From contig NIVC01000665.1 of assembly GCA_002269645.1 (NCBI GenBank), forward strand, positions 346,033-410,032: DNA of 64,000 bases. Direction: 5' to 3'. Position numbers and translations under genes: made by a program. This document shows positions 1 to 12,954 of the stretch, one piece after another. Origin of the DNA: Macrostomum lignano (Eukaryota). The notes below the pieces were generated by a model. That model was not told where the DNA came from. It was given only the letters and a program-made list of their open reading frames with translations, and searched no databases. Each line of letters starts with the position of its first letter. The first letter of the stretch is position 1.

Positions 1-103
1 CGGCATAAAATAAATCCAAATCGCTAACTCGGAGCGGCGCGGTCAAGCCGGCTATTCGGGATAAACAGATGAAGCATCAGTTTGCACAGATACAGATAGA
101 GAA

Positions 104-3100
104 TCATTGAGTCGACGACGCCTCATCCTCCGGCATTGGCGACGGCGGCCTGACGGTTGGCGACGCCTCGCCGGAGAATTCGCCCTCGCCTTCGCCTTCT
201 GCGCCCGCCGTTTTTGTTGCTGTCGATGCTGCAGCGGCTGCGGCGGCTGCGGCTGCGGCGGCGGCGGCAGCTGCGGCTACGCCTCCATCCTGCAGCAGAG
301 GATCGAAGTGCGACTGCAGAGACGGCGAGGCCTGCTGCTGGGCCAGGTCGATGAGCGCGGTGCACATGTCCTGGAACTCGGCGCTGAGCTTGCTGGCCCC
401 CGACGGGCTCATACAGGTGACCAGGCAGGTGATGAGGTGCAGCGCGTCCTGGTAGAAGTGAGTCCGGCGGTGCCGCACGGCGGTCAGCAGGTGTTGCGCG
501 CAGGCAAGCAGAGGCTCCGGCGGGGAGCCGCCACTGGCCAGGGCGCAGTCCCGCTCTACCAGCTCCCGGCAGGTGCGCAGACAGCCGTGCAGGTCCTTAT
601 CGTGCGCAACTAGCTGCTCGCACACCTGGGCCAGGTAGCAGTTCTGCTGGTCCGGGTCGGCCACCCAAAGCTGGCCGAGAGCGGGCAGGGAGCCGGGCAG
701 GTTGGCCTTCACCTGGAAATTGAGAATTGATATTGAGAATAGAACGCCTAGTTCAGTCAGGTAGTGGTAAATTAAGTATTGCGCAAATCCCCAGTTCACA
801 GGGACTCAAGTCCCCAGTTCACCAGGGACTCAAATTCCCAGTTCACAGGGACTCAAGTCCCCAGTTCACAGGGACTCAAATCCCCAGTTCACTAGGGACT
901 CAAATCCCCAGTTCACTAGGGACTCAAATCCCCAGTTCACAGGGACTCAAATCCCCAGTTCACAGGGGACTCAAATCTCCAGTTCACTAGGCACTCAAAT
1001 ATCCTGTTCACTAGGCACTCAAATATCCAGTTCACTAGGGACTCAAATCTCCAGTTCACTAGGCACTCAAATATCCAGTTCACTAGGGACTCAAATCCCC
1101 AGTTCACTAGGGACTTAAATCTTCACTTCACTGGGGACTCAAATCTTCACTTCACTAGGGACTCAAATCCCCAGTTCACAGGGGACTCAAATCCCCAGTT
1201 CACTAGGGACTCAAATCTTCACTTTACTAGGGACTCAAATCCCCAGTTCACTAGGGACTCAAATCTTCACTTCACTAGGGACTCAAATCACCAGTTCACA
1301 GGGACTCAAATCCCCAGTTCACTAGGGACTCAAATCCCCAGTTCACAGGGACTCAAATCGCCAGTTCACAGGGACTCAAATCCCCAGTTCACAGGGACTC
1401 AAATCCCCAGTTCACAGGGACTCAAATCCCCAGCGCAGAGAAAAGCCAATTCCAAAGCTCACACACTCATGAAATGATGACCCACCTGTTCCCACAGCCG
1501 GTCCAGCACAGGGGTGCCGCACAGCCGGACCACTTGGGCCGCCGGCGCCAGACAGGCCGACTGAGACTCGGCAGCGGCCACCAGCAGCTTTAGAGTGGCG
1601 GCCCGGGGCGCCTCGGCCAGCTGGGGACAGCGGACGCACAGGGTGGCGGCGGCCTCGCACATGACCCGCCTGACCTGGGCCTGCTGGTGCTTGGACTGCA
1701 TAGCAGGGATGAGCAGGTCGTTGAGCAGCCAGGCGGTCCGCTCGACGCCCAGGTCTAGCTGAGCGGCCAGCTGCTTGACGGCGGCCGCGCCCTGAGCTCT
1801 GAGCGGCCAGTAGGCAGAGCGAATGGCCTGTCCGAACAGGGTCAGCGCCTCGGACACGCAGTCGGCCAGAGCGGTGGCCGAGCCGGCGCAGTCTGTCCAG
1901 GCCTCCTTCCACAGCGCGGCGTCTTCGGCGGCCGCGGCGGCGGCCTCAGCCTCAGCCGGGTCGGTGGCCGCGGCAGCAGTAGCGGCGGCCTCGGCGGGGT
2001 CGACAACATCAGCGGCGGCCAGGAAGATGAGCGGCAAAGCAGAGGCAGAGTGCCGGCGCAAGATGTCGGAGGCGTGCCTGGCGCAGGCGTGGAACAGCTG
2101 GCCGCAGGCGCGGCGCATATAATCGTCCTCCTTTTCCAGGTACCAGGCGCGCACGTGCGTGAGCAGCTTTTCAACGCTGGCCTGCTTGGCGTAGCTGATG
2201 AGCTGGCCGATGGCCAGGGACATGCAGCGTTGAACTACTGGGTTTCTGTCCGCCACGCCGTACAGCAGGGCGGCAAGCAGCTTGCCGGTGTAGGGGGCCA
2301 CGATGGAGCCGCAGTGGTCGGTGATGCTGACTAGCAGCTGGGCGGTGCCGCATTTGGTGCCAAGACCGACACCTTTGCGGATCAGCTCGGTGAGGTGCGG
2401 CACCAGCGAGTCCAGGGTCTGTTGGGTGCGGTTTCAGGGTAGAGGTGTGCTCACTCAGATAGATAGGGGAGTGCTCACTTAGATAGCTACGAGATTGCTC
2501 ACTCAGATTGATGGGGAGTGCTCACTCAGATAGCTAGGGGAGTGCTTACTCAGATAGCTAGGAGAGTGCTCACTCAGATAGCTAGGAGAGTGCTCACTCA
2601 GATAGCTAGGAGAGTGCGAGTGCTTACTCAGATAGCCAGGAGTGCTCACTCAGATAGCTAGGAGTGCTTACTCAAATAGGTAGGGGTGCTCACTCAGACA
2701 GCTAGTAGTGCTCACTCAGATAGCTAAGGGAGTGCTCACTGGGATAGATAGGAGTGCTAACTCAGATAGCTAGGGGAGTGCTCACTCAGAAACTTATCTA
2801 AAAAAAATTCTCAAGAAGAACTCACCGGTTGGTCCACCTGTTTCACGCAGACTTTGAGCAGGTCAAACACTGGTGTAGTCTGCATAGCGCTAATTCTAGC
2901 CGTGTCTACCTGCTCCCTGGCCGCGCCAGACAGCCGCTGGCTGAAGGTGATGAAGGCCGCGGGCTCCAGGCCGGACAAAGCCTGCAGGAGGTCGGTGACA
3001 AGCTTCACCAGATGAGGCCGGAGCGCGGCCTCAGAACTACGGGCCAACTCGGTCAGGCAGCGCAGGGCGGCGGTCCGGGCCTCGGTGGCGCCGGAGGCGA

Positions 3101-6100
3101 GGCCCAGCTCAAGCAGCACCGGCAGCAGTCCGGGCAGTGAGGTCCGGGGTTCGCGCGCCGCCAGCCGAGAGCAGACGTTGAAAGCCTGGCTGGCCGCCTC
3201 TCGGACAGTGTCCCGGGAGTCGTCCGTGAGACGCAGCAGGCAGGAGACGAGGCGGGGCAGCAGAGCCGGCAGCTGCTGGGAGGTGGCGGCGGACGGCCGG
3301 GTGAGCAGCGCGGACAGGGCCAGGCAGGCGGACTCGCGGAGCCGCCAGTCGGCGCTGCCAGCGGCGATGAGCTGCTCGGCCAGCAGCGGCTCCAGCAGAC
3401 GGTCGGCCAGGCTGGCCTCCAGGCCGGACATGGCGCGCCAGACGGCGCCGGCCTGCGGTTGCAGACGCGGCTCGAACTGCAGCCGGTAGAGACGGGGCGC
3501 CAGCTGGTCCAGGTGAGGCCGCAGCTGGCGAAGGGCGCGCCGGCCGGCCAGGCCGCGGATGTCGGCGAACGCGGCGAGGTCGGAGGAGGCGCAGGCGAGG
3601 CTCATTAGTGGATAGGCGAGGGCGCGGAGGCCGGCGGCGCGGCAGGCGGTGGCGAGCTCGGCGTAGGGCGCGGCGGCGCCGGTGCTAGCGTTGAGCAGGC
3701 CGGCGGGCAGGTCAGGCGTGGCGGCCTCGCCAAGGACTTCGCTGGCCAGGCAGAGGCACCGGCAGGCCAGCTCCTGGCATAATAATAAAATGTATAAGTT
3801 TGAAGTTTAACTACTTACAGTAGAAAAAGTAGCATTTTAATGTTAAATATGGCTACGTATAGGATGTTAATGGCCAGATGTGAAACTGACAGCTCAGCCG
3901 CAGCTATTGCGCAGTGCATCTGAAGGCTGAGTACGGCTGTTCAGTCTAAGGACTGGGGGGGGGGGGGTCGCCACACACACCCTCAATTACCCCAGCTAAT
4001 GCTGACACCCATTTTACAGCTGGATGAACTGAAGCAATGCAGAGTTAAGTGTCTTGCTCAAGGATACAAATTGTTCTGAGTGGGTCGAGAATCGAACCCC
4101 CGACCTTTCAGTCGCGACGCTCTAACCGCTAGGTTACAACCCGCACTGCTCAATGAATGATAACTATCGAATTAGTTTACAGCCGATATGTATAGCAAAG
4201 CAGCATACCTGGCTCACTGCGTCCCGGTCGGTAAGGCAGGGCGCGGTGGCAGCGTGCAGCCGAACCAGGGGCATCTCCGGGTGTCTGGCCAGCCGGCGCA
4301 GCAGCCCCCAGCACCAGGCCAGTCCGGCCCCCCTGTTAGCCGGCTCCGAGCACGCCTTGCACACCTGATCGCAAGCCCATAGCAACAGCTCGGACGATTT
4401 AGTTGGCACCTCCAACGGGTACTCGCGATCAAACCACTGACCACGATAGGGGCTGGCGGAGCCGAGGCTCAGCGCGCAGAGAGTCTCCGCGATGGACAGG
4501 TGCAGCTCCGGGTCGCGCTGGTTGCACAGCTCCACCAGGCCTTCAGCTGCCAGGCGGCTGTGCGGCATCTGCGGCTCGCCGTGCGCCAGGCCTGCCAATG
4601 CGTTCGGGGGTTGGCGACCGGCGGCTTGCATTGGCCGCTGCATCTCGCAGGGTCCTAAGATGGGCCTCTGCATCCCACAGGGTCCTAAGATGGGCCTCTG
4701 CATCCCACAGGGTCCTAAGATGGGCCTCTGCATCCCACAGGGTCCTAAAATGGGCCTCTGCATCCCACAGGGTCCTAAGATGGGCCGCTGCATCCCACGG
4801 GGTCCTAAGATGGGCCTCTGCATCCCACAGGGTCCTAAGATGGGCCGCTGCATCCCACAGGGTCCTAAGATGGGCCTCTGCATCCCACAGGGTCCTAAGA
4901 TGGGCCTCTGCATCCCACAGGGTCCTAAGATGGGCCTCTGCATCCCACAGGGTCCTAAGATGGGCCGCTGCATCCCGCAGGGTCCTAAGATGGGCCGCTG
5001 CATCCCGCAGGGTCCTAAGATGGGCCTCTGCATCCCACAGGGTCCTAAGATGGGCCGCTGCATCCCACAGGGTCCTAAGATGGGCCGCTGCATCCCGCAG
5101 GGTCCTAAGATGGGCCTCTGCATCTCACAGGGTCCTACAATGGTCTGATAGACTTCCGCATGGTCCTACGATGAAATGATAGATCTCACAGGGTCCTACA
5201 ATGGTCTGATAGATCTCACAGGGTCCTACAATGGTCTGATAGATCTCACAGGGTCCTACAATGGTCTGATAGATCTCACAGGGTCCTACAATGGTCTGAT
5301 AGATCTCACAGGGTCCTACAATGGTCTGATAGATCTCACAGGGTCCTACAATGGTCTGATAGATCTCACAGGGTCCTACAATGGTCTGATAGATCTCACA
5401 GGGTCCTACAATGGTCTGATAGATCTCACAGGGTCCTACAATGGTCTGATAGATCTCACAGGGTCCTACAATGGTCTGATAGATCTCACAGGGTCCTACA
5501 ATGGTCTGATAGATCTCACAGGGTCCTACAATGGTTTGGTAGATTTCGGAGGGTTCTAAAACCTACCGCTATAACTTTAAGAGGACGAAGCAACCTACCG
5601 AAGGAGAGTAGCCTACAGCCCTTTCAAGCGCCACCCTTACCGCTGATGGCGCGCAAGGCGGCCTCCCTGCACTGCCGATCCGTGGTCGTGGACTTGACCA
5701 GAGCCAGCAGCCGCTTGACCAGGGCCTGCTTATTCGGCCAGGTGTCCTCCGCCTGGCCGCCGGCCGGTAGGTGGGCCAGCAAGCCCGCGTTGCCAAGGAC
5801 GCTAATGCCGTTGCATAGCACCGTACAAGCGGGATGCCTGCCGGGCGACTGCAGGCGCTTTTCGGCCTCCTTGAGCAGATCGGTCACGTGACCAGCCAGG
5901 GTCATGCGGCTCTTGGCTTTGCCAGCCGAGCCGGCCCGCTTTTTATAAGCCAGCCGGTCCAGCAAGTGGCACAGGCCTAGCAGGGCGCCCTGGCTGGTGT
6001 CCGGCTCCTTGGCCCGCAGCTTGCTGGCGTACTCAGCCAGAGTGGCGTGCAGCTGCTCCTTGGTCTCCGTCTCCGCTGACACCAGCGCCAGGATGGTGGC

Positions 6101-7568
6101 GCACTCTGATCGGCAGGCGGCGCCGCGGCTTGTGTAGAGTACGTTGGTTCGAATCTTGTCGAACACCTGCTTGCAGTTGGTGACTAGGTCTCTGTCGGTG
6201 CGAGGAGGTGGGGAGTGTGGAGTCAGGCTTCAGTAGGAGGTCATGGGCTCGATTTCTGGTATAGGACACGCAATCAGATTTTAGGTTCTTGTATGGGAGC
6301 CGCTACCCTTCCTCAGGGATGCTTCAGTGGGAGCCGCTACCCTTCCTCAGGGATGCTTCAGTGGGAGCCGTTACCCTTCCTCAGGGATGCTTCAGTGGGA
6401 GCCGCTACCCTTCCTCAGGGATGCTTCAGTGGGAGCCGCTACCCTTCCTCAGGGATGCTTCAGTGGGAGCCGCTACCCTTCTCTCAGGGATGCTTCAGTG
6501 GGAGCCGCTACCCTTCCTCAGGGATGCTTCAGTGGGAGCCGCTACCCTTCCTCAGGGATGCTTCAGTGGGAGCCGCTACCCTTCCTCAGGGATGCTTCAG
6601 TGGGAGCCGCTACCCTTCTCTCAGGGATGCTTCAGTGGGAGCCGCTACCCTTCCTCAGGGATGCTTCAGTGGGAGCCGCTACCCTTCCTCAGGGATGCTT
6701 CAGTGGGAGCCGCTACCCTTCCTCACGGGCGACCGAAAAGTAAAAAATGTCACCTGGTATGGCCCAGCAGAACTTCTTGCAGATAGGCTGTGAAATGTGA
6801 CGTCACCGGCTGAGTGAGAATCACCACCTGGATAAGCCGGAAGTAGGTGTCAACAGCCCGACGCCCGGCGGACACGGCGCCATCCGGCCCGGGCTCCTCG
6901 GCCATGTAGTGTCGGACATTGCGCATGATTCTATGGTGAAACTCGGCCTCCTCCTCGTACTGTAGCGGATCGGCGACGCCCTCGGGCAGACCGTCGTTGC
7001 CGGCCAGCAGGCAGAGCCGAATGAACTCAACAACAGGTATGAGGCGGCACACGTCAACAAAGGGATTCTTTTTGGCGTAGTGCGTGTCGTGATTGACAAA
7101 GTCAACAAATGGCGGCATTTTGATTCGGCCATCGACAATGTCCCGCATGACGTTGGGCTGCGTGCAGTAGGCGAACGCCTTCTGCGCTTCGCTCTTCACC
7201 GTCTCGTCGCTAGAGTGAGATGGGGGATAGGGATGGCTTTTTCTGGTGATTTTCCGCTAGCGCCTGCAAGTTAAGCAGGGTTGGCCGCGGTTAGAACTAG
7301 ATTTTAGCGCCAACTTAGCATTCAAAATTCTAGGGGGGGGGGGGTAAATGACCCCCACGACCTATTTGCCCTACATGTTCGCACATTTCAGTGACTCTGG
7401 CTAATGTACATTACGTCTGCACTAATAGCAAGTTGTTAATAATCTGCGAGTCAGTACTAACACTGCCATTCTTTCATATAATAGCTAACAAATTCTTTCT
7501 TACTACTGAACTCAAAGTAGAAAAACTTCTACTGAAAGTAGATAACACAGGCAGCCTATTCAGCTTGC

Positions 7569-7639
<71 letters not shown>

Positions 7640-8103
7640 ACTCGTCGCCCAGTCCCTGCAGGATGATGTAGCGAGACGGTATATGATCCTTCGGATAGAT
7701 GACGTCAGCAAAGTGGATGACCACCTGACGACAGGCCGCGTCGTTTTTCTCGATATTCTCAAACAGCAGGGCCTCCATCAGCGAGCCGGATAGCCAGGTG
7801 CCAACGAAGATGGGGGCCATGGCGTTCAGGCAGGTGCGAACGGCCATTTTAACGTCTCCAGTTTCGTCAGAGAGAGACTGGAACAGCTCCTGCAGCAGGG
7901 CCAGGCCGTTGGCCGCGAACTCCGGACTCTTTGGCACCATGTTGCCGAATGCGATGAACGCCTTGGCCTTCAGGCTGGCGTCCTGCGCGGAGAATGTAGG
8001 GGGGAGGGTGTTCCCATGAGCAGCCAGTCATGCATATTTCGCTGGCAAATCCCCATCTGTCTGTCTGTCTGTCTATCTGTGTGTCTGTCTGTCTGTCTAT
8101 CTG

Positions 8104-8156
<53 letters not shown>

Positions 8157-8159
8157 GTG

Positions 8160-8190
<31 letters not shown>

Positions 8191-8201
8191 GTCTATCTGT
8201 G

Positions 8202-8234
<33 letters not shown>

Positions 8235-8273
8235 GTGTGTCTGTCTGTCTGTCTGTCTGTGTGTCTGTCTGTG

Positions 8274-8308
<35 letters not shown>

Positions 8309-8329
8309 GTGTCTGTCTGTCTATCTGTG

Positions 8330-8390
<61 letters not shown>

Positions 8391-8409
8391 GTGTGTCTGT
8401 GTGTCTGTG

Positions 8410-8470
<61 letters not shown>

Positions 8471-8541
8471 GTGTGTCTGTCTGTCTGTCTGTCTGTCTAT
8501 CTGTGTGTCTGTCTGTCTGTCTGTCTGTGTGTCTGTCTGTG

Positions 8542-8602
<61 letters not shown>

Positions 8603-8631
8603 TTTTATCTGTGTGTCTGTCTGTCTGTCTA

Positions 8632-8710
<79 letters not shown>

Positions 8711-8831
8711 TTTTATCTGTGTGTCTGTCTGTCTGTCTGTCTATCTGTGTGTCTGTCTGTCTGTCTGTCTGTCTGTCTTTTTATCTGTGTGTCTGTCTGT
8801 CTGTCTATCTGTCTGTCTGTCTGTCTGTCTA

Positions 8832-8872
<41 letters not shown>

Positions 8873-8897
8873 GTGTCTGTCTGTCTGTCTATCTGTG

Positions 8898-8930
<33 letters not shown>

Positions 8931-8965
8931 TTTTATCTGTGTGTCTGTCTGTCTGTCTATCTGTG

Positions 8966-9040
<75 letters not shown>

Positions 9041-10911
9041 GTGTGTGTCTGTCGTAGCCAATTTTCGCGCACAAGACCCCAAGTGAATGTTTGCGCACAG
9101 AATCGAATCAGGGATATGTGGCACTCACGTCAGGACACTTTTTATAGATAAACAGCATCAGCCGCTTGAGAATATCGTTGGCCTGCTTGGCGGTCAAGCT
9201 AGTGGAATACTGGGCTACGTGATTGATCAGATCCAGGCCGAGGCTCATCAACTTTTTATTGCTGCGCTCGCCCTCGTCTAAGCAGTCGAACACGATCTCC
9301 ACAGTGCTGGCTATCATGGAGTTTGGCACTGTCAGCCGAGACCGCAGCAGGTACGGCAGCAGGCGGCGCCGGACCAGAACGGAGGCGGGCAGGCGGAACA
9401 GGCTGGGCTTGCTGGCCTCCGTCTTCTCGCTGCCCAGCAGCAGCACGAACAGCTGGCTGATCAGACTTTCATTCTCCCAATTGGCCGTCATGGCCAGAAA
9501 CTTCAGGCAGGTCTCGGCCTCCGACACCACGCTGTGCCGGGTGTCCGCGTTGCCAATGAGGAAGTGCAGCACAATCTCCTCCGAGGTGTAAATCTTGTTG
9601 CCAAGGAACCGGAGAATGCCAATTTTGGCCGATTCGAGCTCTTCGGGGCTGCGCAGGAAATCCGGTTGGCCGGCGACCCGCCGGAAGTCCTGGTCGCAGA
9701 CACCGTCGCATGCCAGCGACACGGCGCCGCTGCTGCCGGCCGCCGCTGCGCCGCCGGCGTCTGCGTCTGCTGCGATACTGGCGGCCGAGGGCGGGTCGGT
9801 CGGCTTCTGGAAGCTGAGGGGCGCAGGGCAGCTCAGTGGGTTGTGGACGGGTTGCCTGTCTGGACCTGCCCGTCTGAGTGTCTGTCTGTCTCTGTCTTAG
9901 TGCCTGGACCTGCCTGTATTAGTGTCTGTCTGGACCTGCCTGTCTTAGTGTCTGTCTGGACCTGCCTGTCTTAGTGTCTGTCTGTCTCTGTCTTAGTGCC
10001 TGGACCTGCCTGTATTAGTGTCTGTCTGGACCTGGCTGTCTTAGTGTCTGTCTGGACCTGCCTGTCTTAGTGTCTGTCTGTCTCTGTCTTAGTGTCTGGA
10101 CCTGCCTGTAATAGTGTCTGTCTGTCTCTGTCTTAGTGCCTGGACCTGCCTGTAATAGTGTCTGTCTGGACCTGCCCGCCTTAGTGTCTGTCTGTCTGTC
10201 TGTCTCTGTCTTAGTGCCTGGACCTGCCTGTAATAGTGTCTGTCTGGACCTGCCTGTCTTAGTGTCTGTCTGGACCTGCCTGCCTTAGTGTCTGTCTGGA
10301 CCTGCCTGCCTTAGTGTCTGTCTGGACCTGCCTGCTTGTCTGGACCTGTCTGTCTTAGTGTTTGTTTGTTTGTCTGTCTGTCTGTCTGCCTGTCTGTCTG
10401 CCTGCATTAGTGTCTGGCTGTCCACCCGTCAGCCCATTCCCAAATCTCCCTTACTCACTGGTAGCTGATGAGCAGGACGCACTGGAAGAAGTGCAGCATG
10501 TACCGCCTGTCGTCCGGCCTGTCAGTCATTGAATAGGCCGCCCGGTTGGAGTCATCAATTTTCACGTCTTTCAGCAGGCAAAGCGACAGATGCAGGATTC
10601 TGGGGCGGATGGTTTGCATTGCGACGAATATGAAAAACATTTTATTCAAACAGTTTATGTTGAATTAATCCTTACGAGTCCTTCTGCACAGGCGGCTTGC
10701 CGCTGTAGGAGCTCAGCAGCTCCGGCAGCAGCTGCAGCTGTTTCGGCCTGGGCATGCGCGGAAAGCCCATCTTAATGTAGATTATGGAGAAATTCGTGAT
10801 GAAGAAGCTGTTGTCAGGATTGGCGTACTGCTTGATGAGGCTGTCGATTGGCAGCTGGATCTGCGACCGGCTGCGCAGTCTTTTGTTGATGTGCACCAGC
10901 AGCTCCAGGAT
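104..10911 (-). CDS. ECM29: Proteasome adapter/scaffold ECM29 (HEAT-repeat), about 1767 aa recovered. Exons (minus): 10676-10911, 10459-10599, 9129-9813, 7642-7982, 6754-7209, 5641-6191, 4209-4591, 2826-3773, ~1465-2418, 104-712. 5' exon (~55 aa) not found.
   Basis: [29 protein letters not shown]...[16 protein letters not shown] matches the Ecm29 N-terminus as recalled ([28 protein letters not shown]...VTNFTIIYVKMGYPR). Later exons give recognisable Ecm29 segments ([48 protein letters not shown]). GT-AG junctions join in compatible phase. Poly-Ala tract near the C-terminus. Confidence 0.93.
786..1430. repeat. Intronic minisatellite, ~23-24 bp unit AAATCCCCAGTTCAC(T)AGGGACTC
   Basis: Direct tandem copies in the last ECM29 intron. 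Confidence 0.95.
2440..2790. repeat. Degenerate intronic minisatellite, ~22-25 bp unit GAGTGCTCACTCAGATAGCTAGG
   Basis: Direct tandem copies in an ECM29 intron. Confidence 0.9.
3790..4137 (-). mobile_element. tRNA-derived CORE-type SINE in an ECM29 intron
   Basis: Minus strand reads TAGCGGTTAGAGCG (A-box-like), GGGTTCGATTC (B-box-like), then CCTTGAGCAAGACACTTAAC...CAGCTGTAAAATGGGG, resembling the CORE domain of MIR-like SINEs. Confidence 0.7.
4640..5540. repeat. Bipartite 30-bp minisatellite: ~16 x GGGTCCTAAGATGGGCCTCTGCATCCCACA then ~12 x GGGTCCTACAATGGTCTGATAGATCTCACA
   Basis: Exact 30-nt period; inside ECM29 intron 4592-5640. Confidence 0.97.
6292..6726. repeat. Intronic minisatellite, ~34 bp unit GGGATGCTTCAGTGGGAGCCGCTACCCTTCCTCA
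   Basis: About 13 tandem copies in ECM29 intron 6192-6753. Confidence 0.95.
7570..7637. repeat. (CT)n(CA)n compound microsatellite
   Basis: Seen directly, next to the ECM29 donor at 7641. Confidence 0.95.
8056..9052. repeat. ~1 kb (CTGT)n microsatellite with variants
   Basis: Seen directly; explains the SVCL and QTDR ORFs. Confidence 0.97.
9855..10410. repeat. Intronic minisatellite, ~26 bp unit TGTCTGGACCTGCCTGTCTTAGTGTC with variants
   Basis: Tandem copies in ECM29 intron 9814-10458. Confidence 0.9.
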
Positions 10912-10967
10912 CTGATAAGGGCGGGGGGTCAACAAATGCATCCGTGACACCTAAACTACTCCCTACT

Positions 10968-11208
10968 GGAGGGCAACCCTTTATTTGAGGGCACCGCTAC
11001 CCCTTTATTTGAGGGCACCGCTACCCCCTACTTGAGGGCACCGCTACCCCTTTATTTGAGGGCACCGCTACCCCTTTTATTTGAGGGCACCGCTACCCCT
11101 TTATTTGAGGGCACCGCTACCCCCTACTTGAGGGCACCGCTACCCCTTTTATTTGAGGGCACCGCTACCCCTTTATTTGAGGGCACCGCTACCCCTTTAT
11201 TTGAGGGC
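10968..11208. repeat. Minisatellite, ~24 bp unit GAGGGCACCGCTACCCCTTTATTT
   Basis: About 10 tandem copies just upstream of the first detected ECM29 exon. Confidence 0.93.
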
Positions 11209-12954
11209 AATTTTACATATAAACAGTATTGTATATAATCAGTTCAAAAATAATTAGGAATAAATGCTGTTCAGACAATATGATAAAATACTTGCAAGTT
11301 TTCAATAGCTCCCATGAGCCTAGAATTCCCCTTTTTATTATCTCCAAAGTAGCATTGGCATTTGTAGTCCATTATATAATAAGTAAATCTACTTGCATTA
11401 CAGGGTATCTCAGCTAATAGCTAGATTTGGAATGCGACAGCCAATCACTTCTCATAAAGTAGCTTTAGCAAATAAAAGTTGAAAGGTTATTAAAATTGAT
11501 AGATATGAGTATCAATCCTATTGATAATATTGCTTTGTCAAATATTTCTTTTCCTATTAGCAATATGGGAAGACTTTAAAACATTAAAGTTTATAAAAGC
11601 ATAATAGACTTGAGACCATTAAAATCAATGTCATATATGAATACAAAAATACAATACATTTTTAAGGTCTTTAAACAATTGTATATGAATATTTATTAGA
11701 ATATTCATTGCAACCTATATTTCAAAAGATGTACATTATGGTAGAAACTTTGGGCATATATAAACAAACAATATGCATGAATTGGTACATCTTAAATATA
11801 GCAAAAGCCTAGCAGATATTTAGTGCACAATGGCATATAGCAAAAGCTAATCAATTTTTTTAGCTAATAATAGGTTATCCAAACTATGTAATATATAAAA
11901 TATGAGTATCCTTTTTAATTTTTTCCAAGACAATTGGTGTATACACTAATTATTTTAGTATTAATAAATGAGAATTCAAAATGGCACTTTCCTAAAAAGT
12001 TTTAATTGATTTTAATTTGGTTAGACATTTTTAATCATAATATTGGCTAAGAAAAACACAAAGTTGCAAATTATAAATATATAAAATCTAAATATACTGA
12101 TGTATTATTTATTCCAGGCTTTATTCTATTTTTATTGCTATCACACACTTTAGTTATACACTTGTCAATATTGATTAAAGGCCTTAGTGTACAAATTGCA
12201 ATTAGCCTATACATATTCTAAAAATATGCTAAAATATATTTTAACTCACATGTGATATCTTGAGTATAGAATATACTATATTTTGATAATAAATATTTAA
12301 ACATATATTTATATTGCTATTAGCATTGCTAAATATAACTTTTTTACCATGATTTACAACTGTATATTGCTATAGCTATCATAGGACATATACTATTTTT
12401 AACTATATACTAGCAATGACTATACCTATTCTAATCCTAACCTTATATCCTAATCTACAGTTGGGAGTTGGACAAGATCTTAATACTTTTTAGGTCTCAA
12501 TCTCACTTTCAAGATCTTATAAAAAGTCAAGAATTGCAATTATAATGCACAAGACTATCTATGGCCAAAAGGGATAGGAAATTGCTTTAGAAAATGCTTT
12601 AGCCTCTAGCTTGTATCTATAACTGCTATTTATATCATTCTATCTATGGCTCTATCTATTGCACCATCTATTGCTACTTTTATTGCCTTATCTATTGCTC
12701 TAACACTAGCTATTACTCTATGTACTATCTATAAACTGCTTTATCTAGTTCTTAGAGGCACTATTTTGTAATACCAATTCAAACTTGAAAATAATATTGA
12801 AAAACAAACTAGAAACTTGCCAATATGATTCAATATCATACTTACATTTGACATGTATTAAGTAATTAACAAGCTTAATATTTATTATTCATTGTTTTTT
12901 TCTTTTAACATCATTATATATATTTAACAAATAACAATATTACTATACATGCAC

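Noticed and set aside
4085-4137. tRNA gene
   Set aside because: SINE head fused to a CORE domain; no complete cloverleaf
4164-5559. Long repeat-protein ORFs ([20 protein letters not shown])
   Set aside because: A 30-bp period keeps frames open; the true ECM29 acceptor is at 4592, outside the array
6292-6730. Splice donor formed by the terminal repeat unit (GTGAGG)
   Set aside because: Protein continuity is satisfied by the donor at 6753
8016-9151. Cys/Val/Leu-rich 240-370 aa ORFs
   Set aside because: Translation of a (CTGT)n microsatellite
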